Source: Vulcanisaeta distributa DSM 14429 (GTDB lineage: Archaea > Thermoproteota > Thermoprotei > Thermoproteales > Thermocladiaceae). From it: a stretch of DNA of 32,000 nucleotides. Within the stretch, counting starts at the first letter, position 1, and the number at the start of each line of letters is the position of its first letter. This document shows, piece by piece, positions 15,914-23,093 of this stretch. The translations under genes and the position numbers were made by a program. Below the pieces are notes generated by a model. That model searched no databases and was not told the origin of the DNA. It saw only the letters and a program-made list of their open reading frames with translations. The DNA lies in assembly GCF_000148385.1 (NCBI RefSeq), contig NC_014537.1:1980001-2012000 (forward strand), written 5' to 3'.

Positions 15914-16014
15914 TGGAGCCCCGGCCGGGATTCGAACCCGGGAAGATTGGGTCTCTGCATTCGTGATAAACCGAACGCTGCAGCCCAACGCCTTAGCCGC
16001 TCGGCCACCGGGGC
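15914..16014 (-). tRNA. tRNA-Cys (anticodon GCA) with a 25-nt intron at the canonical 37/38 position and a genomically encoded CCA
   Basis: The reverse complement folds by hand as follows. Acceptor GCCCCGG/CCGGGGC. D arm GCCGAGCGGCTAAGGC. Anticodon stem TTGGG/CCCAA. Loop CTGCAGA after removing the intron CGTTCGGTTTATCACGAATGCAGAG (about 15953-15977; the boundary is ambiguous by the GCAG repeat). Variable loop TCTTC. T arm CCGGG-TTCGAAT-CCCGG. Discriminator U73 (a Cys identity element), then CCA. The mature length is exactly 76 nt. Confidence 0.85.
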
Positions 16015-16076
16015 ATTTTTAATTATTTTACGGGAAATTTTAAGCCTTTTGGCATTATTAAATGATGCCTCATACC

Positions 16077-16211
16077 TCATGGTATATTGATAAGTTTTGT
16101 CAGTATTTTAGTCAATTGTTCCTTCTTATCATCACTATTTACATTCTTCAACATTTCATTAAGCTTCTGAACAACCTTCTCCTTAATGACACTACACACC
16201 TTAATTTTCAT
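16077..16211 (-). CDS. Hypothetical 44-aa helical protein (not in the ORF track), translationally coupled to the upstream 70-aa ORF
   Basis: My translation is MKIKVCSVIKEKVVQKLNEMLKNVNSDDKKEQLTKILTKLINIP*. Its ATG overlaps the TGA of ORF 16208..16420 (GGATGAAA). Very short, so weakly supported. Confidence 0.25.
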   Translation of the reverse strand: MKIKVCSVIKEKVVQKLNEMLKNVNSDDKKEQLTKILTKLINIP

Positions 16212-16420
16212 CCCAGGGAAATGACCTTAGCGCACTTCCCTGCCCTTCTCTTCCTAATATCAATACCCTCACCATATACGTGATTTAACTGCTCAATAAT
16301 TTCGTCTATCTTCACTTCGTTGAATCTTACGGCTCTAAGTTCGACACGATTCTTTAAAATATCTACGGAAAACTTTATGCCAGCCACCTCAACCTGGGAA
16401 CTACCTCGTCTCGGCGTCAT
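16208..16420 (-). CDS. Hypothetical 70-aa protein
   Basis: The minus-frame product (…VEVAGIKFSVDILKNRVELRAVRFNEVKIDEIIEQLNHVYGEGIDIRKRRAG…) looks protein-like. The overlapping plus-strand ORFs (16062..16283, 16320..16541) are S/T/L/F-rich shadow-like sequences. No family recognised. Confidence 0.35.
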   Translation of the reverse strand: MTPRRGSSQVEVAGIKFSVDILKNRVELRAVRFNEVKIDEIIEQLNHVYGEGIDIRKRRAGKCAKVISLG

Positions 16421-16589
16421 ATCAGCTATTTATTTCAGTCTATTCCACTTACCAATATTCAACACATTAAATAAGACCCTCATTGTTAATGGCATATTAT
16501 TAATTACCCTCTTTGCTAAATCATGGCTGCATTATACCTAATCAGCACTTGAACCTCACCTTTTAATCCATCATTAATCTCCCTCAGGT

Positions 16590-16802
16590 TTATCCCGAGT
16601 CCTCGGCGCTTTTTACGTACTCGCTTAACCATTCCATGCCCTGTATTTTCCATTTCTCGAGCCTCAACAGGGCCTCCGTCAATACCTCAATGGCCTCCTT
16701 CCTAGTTCCTTCATCGATTATTTGGTTCGTCAGCGACGCATTCCCCGCCTGTGTGCACCTGTCCCCGTAGAGCCTTAGGTTGCTGGGGACTTCAATAGCC
16801 AT
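16590..16802 (-). CDS. Hypothetical 70-aa protein
   Basis: An ORF with a balanced, helix-prone composition (TRKEAIEVLTEALLRLEKWKIQGMEWLSEYVKS). No family recognised. Confidence 0.35.
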   Translation of the reverse strand: MAIEVPSNLRLYGDRCTQAGNASLTNQIIDEGTRKEAIEVLTEALLRLEKWKIQGMEWLSEYVKSAEDSG

Positions 16803-16874
16803 TATGTATCCATTTGTTTTTCTTAACCGTTTAGTTGATAAGTTACTTTCAGTGTTAGGGTTGAATTATTGACG

Positions 16875-16922
16875 TCGGCCAAGGCTGAACTCATCACTTG
16901 TCAGGGCGGGGTTTTCGTCATT
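16875..16922 (-). ncRNA. Weak candidate C/D box sRNA immediately downstream of the FAD-protein gene
   Basis: Minus strand reads A-AUGACGA (C variant), AAACCCCGCC (10 nt), CUGA (D'), CAA, GUGAUGA (C'), GUUCAGCCUUGG (12 nt), CCGA (D variant). The internal boxes are perfect, the terminal boxes each carry one mismatch, and one guide is short. Confidence 0.3.
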
Positions 16923-16955
16923 AATTATAATTTGGCGTAGTCCCTCTTTAATTCC

Positions 16956-18374
16956 TTACTTAATCCTGTTTATTAATTCGTTCCTGACCTCCTTACCGAG
17001 TTTCGTGAGTATTCCCCATGCCGCGAGCACGCCTGTAGCCGCCGCCACGTTTATGCCCCTGGACAGCCCAGCGCCGTCTCCCGCTGCGAATATGCCATCC
17101 ACCGTAGTCTCCATGAACTTATTAACGACAGCCCTCATGCTGTAGTACTTAATTTCCGGCGCATAGAGTAGTGTGTACTTTGAGGCGAGTCCAGGTATTA
17201 CGTTATCCACCTTGTGGAGAAACTCCAATAGGTTGTCCAGTACCCTGTGCGGCAGTGCCATTCCTATGTCGCCCGGTGTCACAATCTTCATGGTTGGCTC
17301 AATGACATTCCTCCTAATCCTATCCCAGGTCGACCTCCTACCATCCTCAAGGTCACCAAGCCTCTGTATTATTGGCCTACCACCGCCAAGCTTCGTGGCT
17401 AGTCTCGCAATTGATTTGCCGTACTCAATGGTGTCCTCCATCGGGTCTGTAAGCCTGATGGATGTTAATAATGCAAAGTTTGTGTTGTTGCTCTTCCTAT
17501 CCACGTAGGTCTCCCCATTAACACCCACTGTACCATCATCATACCTCTCCATGACCACGAAACCTCCTGGGTTAACGCAGAATGTCCTGACCTTATCATC
17601 ATGAGACTTCGTGTACATGATTATCTTCGGATCCATGTAGAGGTTAGTTATTGGGTCCATGACGTATTTGGGAACCTCAACCCTAACACCAACATCGAGT
17701 GGGTTGGGCATCAACTCAATACCTAGTCTCCTCGCTTCATCCCTAAACCACTCAGCCCCAGCCCTACCGGGCGCCGCGAGGACTGTCCTCGCCTCGATAA
17801 CGCCCCTCCTGGTCTTTAACGCGAAGTGGCCGTTACTCCTCTCGATATGCTCAACAGAGACGCCAATGGCAAATTTAACGCCAGCCTCTGTTAAGTATGA
17901 GGCAAAATTCTCAATGACCCTCGTGGAACCGTCAGTACCAATGTGCCTCTGCCTAATGGGCACGAGTTGAGCACCAACCCGAGCCAGTGACCTCTGGTAC
18001 TCCTCAAAGGTTGGTCCCTTGGGTTCAAAGACCCTGTCTTGAGGAGCCCCAAACTTCAGGAAGACCTTGTCAACATAATCAATGAGTAGGTTCGCGGCGT
18101 CCCAACTATTTAGGAGTTCCTGGAGGTCACCACCAATGTCAGGCCTTAAATTAATGATACCACTACTGAACAGTCCAGCACCGCCAATACCGTGGGTTAT
18201 ATGACACGGCATGCACACGCACTTACCAATCTTAGCCAATGGACAATGCCTCTGCCTAGGCATGTAACCCTTATCAATGAGTACCACACTCACGTCCCTC
18301 GCATTCTCAACAATCTCGTAAGCGGCAAATAGGCCCGCCGGGCCTCCGCCTACTATGGCTACGTCGTAAATCAT
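16956..18374 (-). CDS. Uncharacterised FAD-dependent dehydrogenase (COG2509-like)
   Basis: YDVAIVGGGPAGLFAAYEI, GIGGAGLFSSGIINL (GGAGxFSDGKL-like), and C-terminal FAAGDGAGLSRGINVAAATG. There is a Cys cluster RHCPLAKIGKCVCMPCH. The ATG overlaps the purA stop (CCATGATT). Confidence 0.8.
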   Translation of the reverse strand: MIYDVAIVGGGPAGLFAAYEIVENARDVSVVLIDKGYMPRQRHCPLAKIGKCVCMPCHITHGIGGAGLFSSGIINLRPDIGGDLQELLNSWDAANLLIDYVDKVFLKFGAPQDRVFEPKGPTFEEYQRSLARVGAQLVPIRQRHIGTDGSTRVIENFASYLTEAGVKFAIGVSVEHIERSNGHFALKTRRGVIEARTVLAAPGRAGAEWFRDEARRLGIELMPNPLDVGVRVEVPKYVMDPITNLYMDPKIIMYTKSHDDKVRTFCVNPGGFVVMERYDDGTVGVNGETYVDRKSNNTNFALLTSIRLTDPMEDTIEYGKSIARLATKLGGGRPIIQRLGDLEDGRRSTWDRIRRNVIEPTMKIVTPGDIGMALPHRVLDNLLEFLHKVDNVIPGLASKYTLLYAPEIKYYSMRAVVNKFMETTVDGIFAAGDGAGLSRGINVAAATGVLAAWGILTKLGKEVRNELINRIK

Positions 18375-19387
18375 GGCCCTACCACCTCACGGCGCAGGTC
18401 AATCATGTCCATCGAATCCTCCCCAGTACCTATTAACGTGACCGGGACCCTCAACGCCTCACTAATACTCTCAATCCACCTCCTCGCCTCAACAGGTAAG
18501 TCACTCCACCTCCTCTTACCGCGGGCGCCTGGAAATAACGCATCAAACTTCGTAATAGCTATTTGAGTCGGCCTATTAAGCATGACGGCCCTCCTGGCTA
18601 GGTCCAGGTTAAACGGCGCTGCACGCCTAGGTCTCCCAGTCACAGTACCCCTCTCGGCCCAACCTCTCGCAATTACCTCATCCATACTTAACTCACCAGG
18701 TAATTCACCAGCCCCAACCCTGGTTACATACGCCTTAAACACCAGGACTATGTCGGTGACGAGCCTTGGGCTAACCCCAACCTCACTAATCACACCAGCC
18801 GCCGTGGTATCCCTGGAGGTTACAAATGGGTATGTACCGTGATAAAGGCTTAGGAAGGTTCCCTGGGTCCCCTCAACAATCACGCCACCGCTCCTGTCTA
18901 ACTCCTCATTAACTTCCCTACTAACGTCCGTTATTAAATCCCTGAGCTCGGGGAATTCCTTGGCAGTCTTCAAAACCCTCAGCACCCTATCAACCATTGC
19001 TGCGCCCACGCCCTGACCAGTTGATCCAATGATCTTCATTAAGTACTCATTACTCCTTTCGCTCTCCACGTGTTTGTCCTCAATAACGCCGGCATTAGCG
19101 TCAACCCAAACCCTACCCCTACTGCCCGTCTCCTCGATCTCCCTGAACAATACATCAATCTTAAGCAGTGCGCCGGGCGCGATCATGAGTCTCGTGGTTT
19201 CATTAACAAAGCATGAGGGTAATATCCTGAGCTTCCAAGTCTTTCTGTTGAAATTGACCGTGTGGCCCGCATTTATGGAACCGGTCCTAACGCAAATGGC
19301 TGGTTTATCCACAAGGCCTAGGTATGACACCACCTTGCCCTTACCTTCATCACCAAACCATCCACCGACAACAACCGTTAGCGGCAC
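18371..19387 (-). CDS. purA: Adenylosuccinate synthetase (short archaeal form)
   Basis: P-loop-like GGWFGDEGKGKVVSYL (the QWGDEGKGK equivalent), GSTGQGVGAA, and TGRPRR. Confidence 0.9.
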   Translation of the reverse strand: MPLTVVVGGWFGDEGKGKVVSYLGLVDKPAICVRTGSINAGHTVNFNRKTWKLRILPSCFVNETTRLMIAPGALLKIDVLFREIEETGSRGRVWVDANAGVIEDKHVESERSNEYLMKIIGSTGQGVGAAMVDRVLRVLKTAKEFPELRDLITDVSREVNEELDRSGGVIVEGTQGTFLSLYHGTYPFVTSRDTTAAGVISEVGVSPRLVTDIVLVFKAYVTRVGAGELPGELSMDEVIARGWAERGTVTGRPRRAAPFNLDLARRAVMLNRPTQIAITKFDALFPGARGKRRWSDLPVEARRWIESISEALRVPVTLIGTGEDSMDMIDLRREVVGP

Positions 19388-19497
19388 TTTTTAACTTATG
19401 ATATTAACACTTATTTAAATATTGCTCCAATAGGCAGGCGTAATACATGTCCATGACTGTTGAATAAGTTTTTTAAATAACAGTACGGATAAGTACT
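19388..19497. promoter_or_regulatory. Divergent promoter region purA / purB
   Basis: ttttttaaataa ends about 18 nt before GTG 19498. atttaaataag (minus-strand reading of about 19413-19423) lies about 26-36 nt upstream of the purA ATG at 19387. Confidence 0.45.
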
Positions 19498-20916
19498 GTG
19501 GGCTACATATCGCCGCTGGATGATAGGTACTACGAGGAGTTGAAGGACTACGCAGCCGCTGTTTCCGAGAGGGCGTTCGTTAAGTATAGATTGAGGGTCG
19601 AGGTATTATACCTAGACTTACTGGTTAATGTATTGGGTAGGGTGGGCCTAATAAAGCCCTTGGACGGTGATGAGAGGGCTAGGCTTTTGTCATTGAGCTT
19701 TGATGATAATGACTATACGTCATTTAAGGAGATAGAAGATAAGCTCGGCCATGATGTGAAGGCAATCGAGTACCTATTAAGGGAGAAGTTAAGTAATGTG
19801 GGCCTCGGCAAAATCGTGCATTTGGTGCATCTAGGCTTGACCTCCGAGGACGTGAATAACCTAGCCCTCGGGATCCTCATCAGAATAGCCACTTATAAGT
19901 ACCTAATGCCCGAGTTAACCATGTTACTAAGTACATTGATTAGCCTCATGGAGAAGTATGCAGACCTACCAATGCTTGGGAGGACCCATGGGCAACCAGC
20001 GACACCGACGACCCTCGGCAAGGAACTTGCTTACCACGCCTGCAGGCTGGCCCATTGGTTAAGCGTGATCGCGGACATCAAACTGCAGGGCAAGGTGTCG
20101 GGGGCCACTGGGTCAATGGCCAGCTTCCCAATGATTAGTAGGGACGTTGATTGGCCGCAGGAATTGAATATATTCGTTAGGGGGCTGGGTTTCGAGCCTG
20201 CACTCATCACAACACAGATACTGCCCCCTGACTCATTGGTTCAATTACTAACGTCCATTGGCCTAATGTCTCAGGCACTCATTAACCTTGCCCAGGACTT
20301 ATGGATGTACAACATGCTTGGTTACATACGCATCCAGGGAAGGCCCGTAGGCTCCTCCACAATGCCCCATAAGGTCAACCCAGTGGATCTTGAGAATGCC
20401 GAGGGTAATCTGAAGCTTGGTTCTTCAATCCTCATGGAGATCAGTAGGCATATCCAGGTGAGTAGGCTTCAGAGGGATTTAAGTGATTCAACGATTAAGA
20501 GGAACATTGGGCTTGGCATCGGCCACGTGATACTTGGCGTAAGGAGGTTAAACACAGTATTGAGTAGCATCAACGTTAATGAAGATGCCATAAGTAGGGA
20601 TTTGAATGAGCATTGGGAGGTCCTTAGTGAGGCTGTCCAGGTTAGGCTTAGGGCATTGGGTATGGCCGATGCCTACGAGAGGGCATTGGCAATATTCAGG
20701 GGATCTAGGATGGGGATGGAGGATTACAAGAAGGCGTTGGGAGAATTAGGCGTTAATGATGATATACTGCGTGGGCTAAGCCCGGATAAATACGTTGGTT
20801 ACGCCAGGGAACTGGCTATGAGCTGCGTAAGCCATTGTAAATACACACTGGAGATAATTAAGTCCAGGATGAATTATGAGATTAATAACTTGAAAAACCT
20901 TGGGTTCTTAAGTTAG
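19498..20916 (+). CDS. purB: Adenylosuccinate lyase
   Basis: Fumarate-lyase signature GSSTMPHKVNP, the N-terminal SPLDDRY typical of PurB, and TSEDVNNLA. GTG start. Confidence 0.9.
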   Translation: MGYISPLDDRYYEELKDYAAAVSERAFVKYRLRVEVLYLDLLVNVLGRVGLIKPLDGDERARLLSLSFDDNDYTSFKEIEDKLGHDVKAIEYLLREKLSNVGLGKIVHLVHLGLTSEDVNNLALGILIRIATYKYLMPELTMLLSTLISLMEKYADLPMLGRTHGQPATPTTLGKELAYHACRLAHWLSVIADIKLQGKVSGATGSMASFPMISRDVDWPQELNIFVRGLGFEPALITTQILPPDSLVQLLTSIGLMSQALINLAQDLWMYNMLGYIRIQGRPVGSSTMPHKVNPVDLENAEGNLKLGSSILMEISRHIQVSRLQRDLSDSTIKRNIGLGIGHVILGVRRLNTVLSSINVNEDAISRDLNEHWEVLSEAVQVRLRALGMADAYERALAIFRGSRMGMEDYKKALGELGVNDDILRGLSPDKYVGYARELAMSCVSHCKYTLEIIKSRMNYEINNLKNLGFLS

Positions 20917-20983
20917 TATTACGGGCGTCACGACTAATTAAAATAACTCATGCAGTAATTAGTGTTGTTATGAATATTATTAC

Positions 20984-21217
20984 GTGCAGAGTAATAAGTA
21001 CGAACTAAGGAGGAAGTCGATAAGTATTACCGTGAAGGAGTTGTACATGTTATTCATGTATGGTGATCACACATACAGGTTAATAATTAGGAGGGATGAT
21101 GATTGTGCACGGTTAATCCTAGTAAGTGATGATTATGAGGAGATAGAGAGTAAGTGCCTAGACAATGTGGGGTTAAACACAGTAATGAATTTCCTAAGGA
21201 CAGCATTACCACACTAA
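20984..21217 (+). CDS. Hypothetical 77-aa protein
   Basis: GTG-initiated ORF with no recognisable motif. An internal ATG (MLFMYGDH) is an alternative start. Confidence 0.3.
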   Translation: MQSNKYELRRKSISITVKELYMLFMYGDHTYRLIIRRDDDCARLILVSDDYEEIESKCLDNVGLNTVMNFLRTALPH

Positions 21218-21468
21218 ACAAACCACCTCATTATCAGTGCCAGGACAAAACCTATAACCGCAGCAATGATTATTGACGGCACAGCCTCAACAGCCCTCCT
21301 CAACCTAACCCAAAACCTCCTAATGGCACTCGGCCTCCTGTAAATAATAAACTCAATACTTAACGAACTAAAACTACCCCTGACGTAGTAAGCCCTAACC
21401 ACACCCCTAAACCCAGAATCGCGCAAATCCCCTGCAAGTTTAGCTAAAGCCTTGTTGGGCACTAACAA
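21214..21468 (-). CDS. Hypothetical 84-aa tail-anchored membrane protein
   Basis: A basic N-terminal part and a single C-terminal hydrophobic helix (VPSIIIAAVIGFVLALIM). Converges on the previous ORF with a 4-nt overlap. Confidence 0.35.
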   Translation of the reverse strand: MLVPNKALAKLAGDLRDSGFRGVVRAYYVRGSFSSLSIEFIIYRRPSAIRRFWVRLRRAVEAVPSIIIAAVIGFVLALIMRWFV

Positions 21469-21597
21469 GGAAGTAATAAAACCAATTAATATAAGTTATT
21501 TCCACTTAACACGTAAATTACTCGCCACATCACCTGCACACTCATACGTAGCATTGAAAATTTTAATTACATAGCAAGATTAAAATCCCCGTTTTAC

Positions 21598-21618
21598 TAA
21601 ATCTAGTTACTAGATTTA
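21598..21618. promoter_or_regulatory. Perfect 9-3-9 palindrome abutting the vapB start; candidate VapB(C) operator
   Basis: taaatctag-tta-ctagattta ends 2 nt before ATG 21621. Confidence 0.4.
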
Positions 21619-21620
21619 CT

Positions 21621-21851
21621 ATGATTGAGGAAACGAAAATAACCAGGAATTACCAAATAACAATACCAGCAACCATTAGGAAAAAGCTTGGGTTGAAAGT
21701 TGGGGATACACTCATAGTTAAACTTGAGGGTGACCGAATAATCCTTGAACCAAAGAGACGGAGTATCACGGAGATAAGGATTAGGCTGGGTAGAAAAGTT
21801 GATTGGAGATATGTTGAGGAGACCATAAGAGAGGTAATCGAGAAGGGGTAG
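21621..21851 (+). CDS. vapB: AbrB/SpoVT(MazE)-type antitoxin VapB
   Basis: ITRNYQITIPATIRKKLGLKVGDTLIVKLEGDRIILEP is a looped-hinge-helix AbrB motif. It is followed 1 nt later by a PIN-domain reading frame. Confidence 0.8.
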   Translation: MIEETKITRNYQITIPATIRKKLGLKVGDTLIVKLEGDRIILEPKRRSITEIRIRLGRKVDWRYVEETIREVIEKG

Positions 21852-21852
21852 T

Positions 21853-22227
21853 ATGAGTTTTGTGGTTGATACAAACGTAATCATCGACGTAATTTTAGAG
21901 GATGATGTAAATCACGATAGGGCGGTGAATACCTGGAACTCCTTGAATGAAGCTTACGTACCAATAATCTCACTTATAGAGTACTTATAGAGTTAGGTTA
22001 GGGCATTATAGGTGAGATTTTACGAGATCCTAAGATTAAGGTCGTTGAAAATAATACATCAGGACATATACTTCGTCATTAACCATAAGGATTACATTAA
22101 GCATTATGATTATTTCAACGACTTATTAATACTAAGTGCGGCATTAAGGTTAAACCTGCCGTTAATTACATTTGATGAGGAATTATTAAACCTATATAAT
22201 AAACTTAGTCATAAACTTAGGTCGTAA
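21853..22227 (+). pseudogene. vapC: PIN-domain toxin vapC, disrupted (three in-frame TAG codons, local 11-nt tandem duplication)
   Basis: The N-terminal part MSFVVDTNVIIDVILEDD...PIISLIEYL carries the first PIN Asp and Glu. TAG codons occur at 21988, 21994 and 22009 in the same frame. The same frame then continues (track ORF 22012..22227) to the PIN C-terminus, DLLILSAALRLNLPLITFDEEL. Confidence 0.7.
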
Positions 22228-22286
22228 GTACGTAAACAAAGCACTAATTTGATCTTTTTTATTTTCAATTACTAAAGCGCTAAACT

Positions 22287-23039
22287 TTAATGCCTGCCGT
22301 AGTCCTTAACGACCTTGCCGAAATCAAGTACATAGTCGAAAGTCCCATAAACACACTTAATGATCCTCCTCGGCCCTAACCTATAGAGTGGGTCAATATC
22401 ACTCTTATTATTAAACATTAAGGTGCAGGGACCGGTCCAAACGCTCTTCGGAGTTAACCTATGCCTATACCTATCAACCAGTTGAATAAGCGGCTCAGCA
22501 CCATCACCAGCCGGTGGAATAACCTTAAGGGCAAGCCTAGTGATCGGTAACGGCTCAATCCTTGCAGGTTCCTCAGGCCTAATAACGGCAGTGACTAGCC
22601 TTAAGCCCTCAGGTCTCTCGAGAAATCCATAGACCAAGTCAAAGCTCCTCTTGATATCGAGGACCGCAAACTTCTTAGGCACACCCCAGATTTCCCTACC
22701 CGCGGCTAAGCCGACGTCGCTATTAACATAGTTATAAGCCGTATAGTACTTCTCCTGACCATCAAGCAGCACCTTAATGTCAACCGCAAACTCATTATAT
22801 GGCCCAAGGGTGCTAAATGGGAATTTAAAAAACGTGATTATAGCCTCAGTGGGTACTGGGACTTCAAGATCCTCAGGAACAACCTCAGCTGCACCCTCTG
22901 GATCAGCCTCGAAGAATACTTGCAAAACCTCGGCGTCGGGGAAGTACTGAGGCAGCTTTGCGAAGAGGGGTGTATTACCTGGCATTGACCAAAGACTCTT
23001 AATGGGAAGTTTACCCTTTATTCTGTCCTTGCTCATCAA
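22287..23039 (-). CDS. Acetoacetate decarboxylase (ADC)-family protein
   Basis: LGPYNEFAVDIKV...YYTAYNYVNSDVGLAAGREIWGVPKKFA matches the ADC-family core (GxYxE ... GREIWGxPKK). Confidence 0.75.
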   Translation of the reverse strand: MMSKDRIKGKLPIKSLWSMPGNTPLFAKLPQYFPDAEVLQVFFEADPEGAAEVVPEDLEVPVPTEAIITFFKFPFSTLGPYNEFAVDIKVLLDGQEKYYTAYNYVNSDVGLAAGREIWGVPKKFAVLDIKRSFDLVYGFLERPEGLRLVTAVIRPEEPARIEPLPITRLALKVIPPAGDGAEPLIQLVDRYRHRLTPKSVWTGPCTLMFNNKSDIDPLYRLGPRRIIKCVYGTFDYVLDFGKVVKDYGRH

Positions 23040-23093
23040 TTTGACTGTGTCTTAATATTAATATTTAATAGTGTTGCTTGCTGATTTGTTTTC
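23040..23093. promoter_or_regulatory. Divergent promoter region (ADC-family gene / CCG-Fer4-FAD oxidase operon)
   Basis: cttaatattaatatttaatag provides TATA-like boxes about 23-34 nt from GTG 23094 and about 12-26 nt from ATG 23039. Confidence 0.4.

Noticed and set aside
16062-16541. Plus-strand ORFs 16062..16283 and 16320..16541 (73 aa each)
   Set aside because: Their products are F/L/S/T/I-rich with no charge pattern. The opposite-strand frames give more protein-like sequences and show ATGA coupling. Coding status of the whole islet remains uncertain.
16542-16576. AAUGAUGG ... 22 nt ... CUGA on the minus strand as a C/D half-mer
   Set aside because: There is a single box pair with a 22-nt spacer, no C'/D', and an imperfect C box. 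It does not fit archaeal C/D architecture.
17173-19394. Plus-strand ORFs 17173..17508, 17659..17970, 18582..18842, 19029..19394
   Set aside because: They are antisense to the COG2509 and purA genes, and their S/T/L/P-rich products are shadow ORFs.
21603-21884. Minus-strand ORFs 21603..21884 and 21650..21874
   Set aside because: They are antisense to vapB, which has a clear AbrB motif and an operator-like palindrome.
21988-22011. The idea that the three clustered TAG codons in vapC reflect amber read-through or pyrrolysine-type recoding
   Set aside because: No pyl genes or other TAG-interrupted genes are visible. Many genes in this window terminate normally. The stops coincide with an 11-nt slippage duplication, and a different frame carries part of the PIN middle segment. 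Pseudogenisation is the economical explanation.
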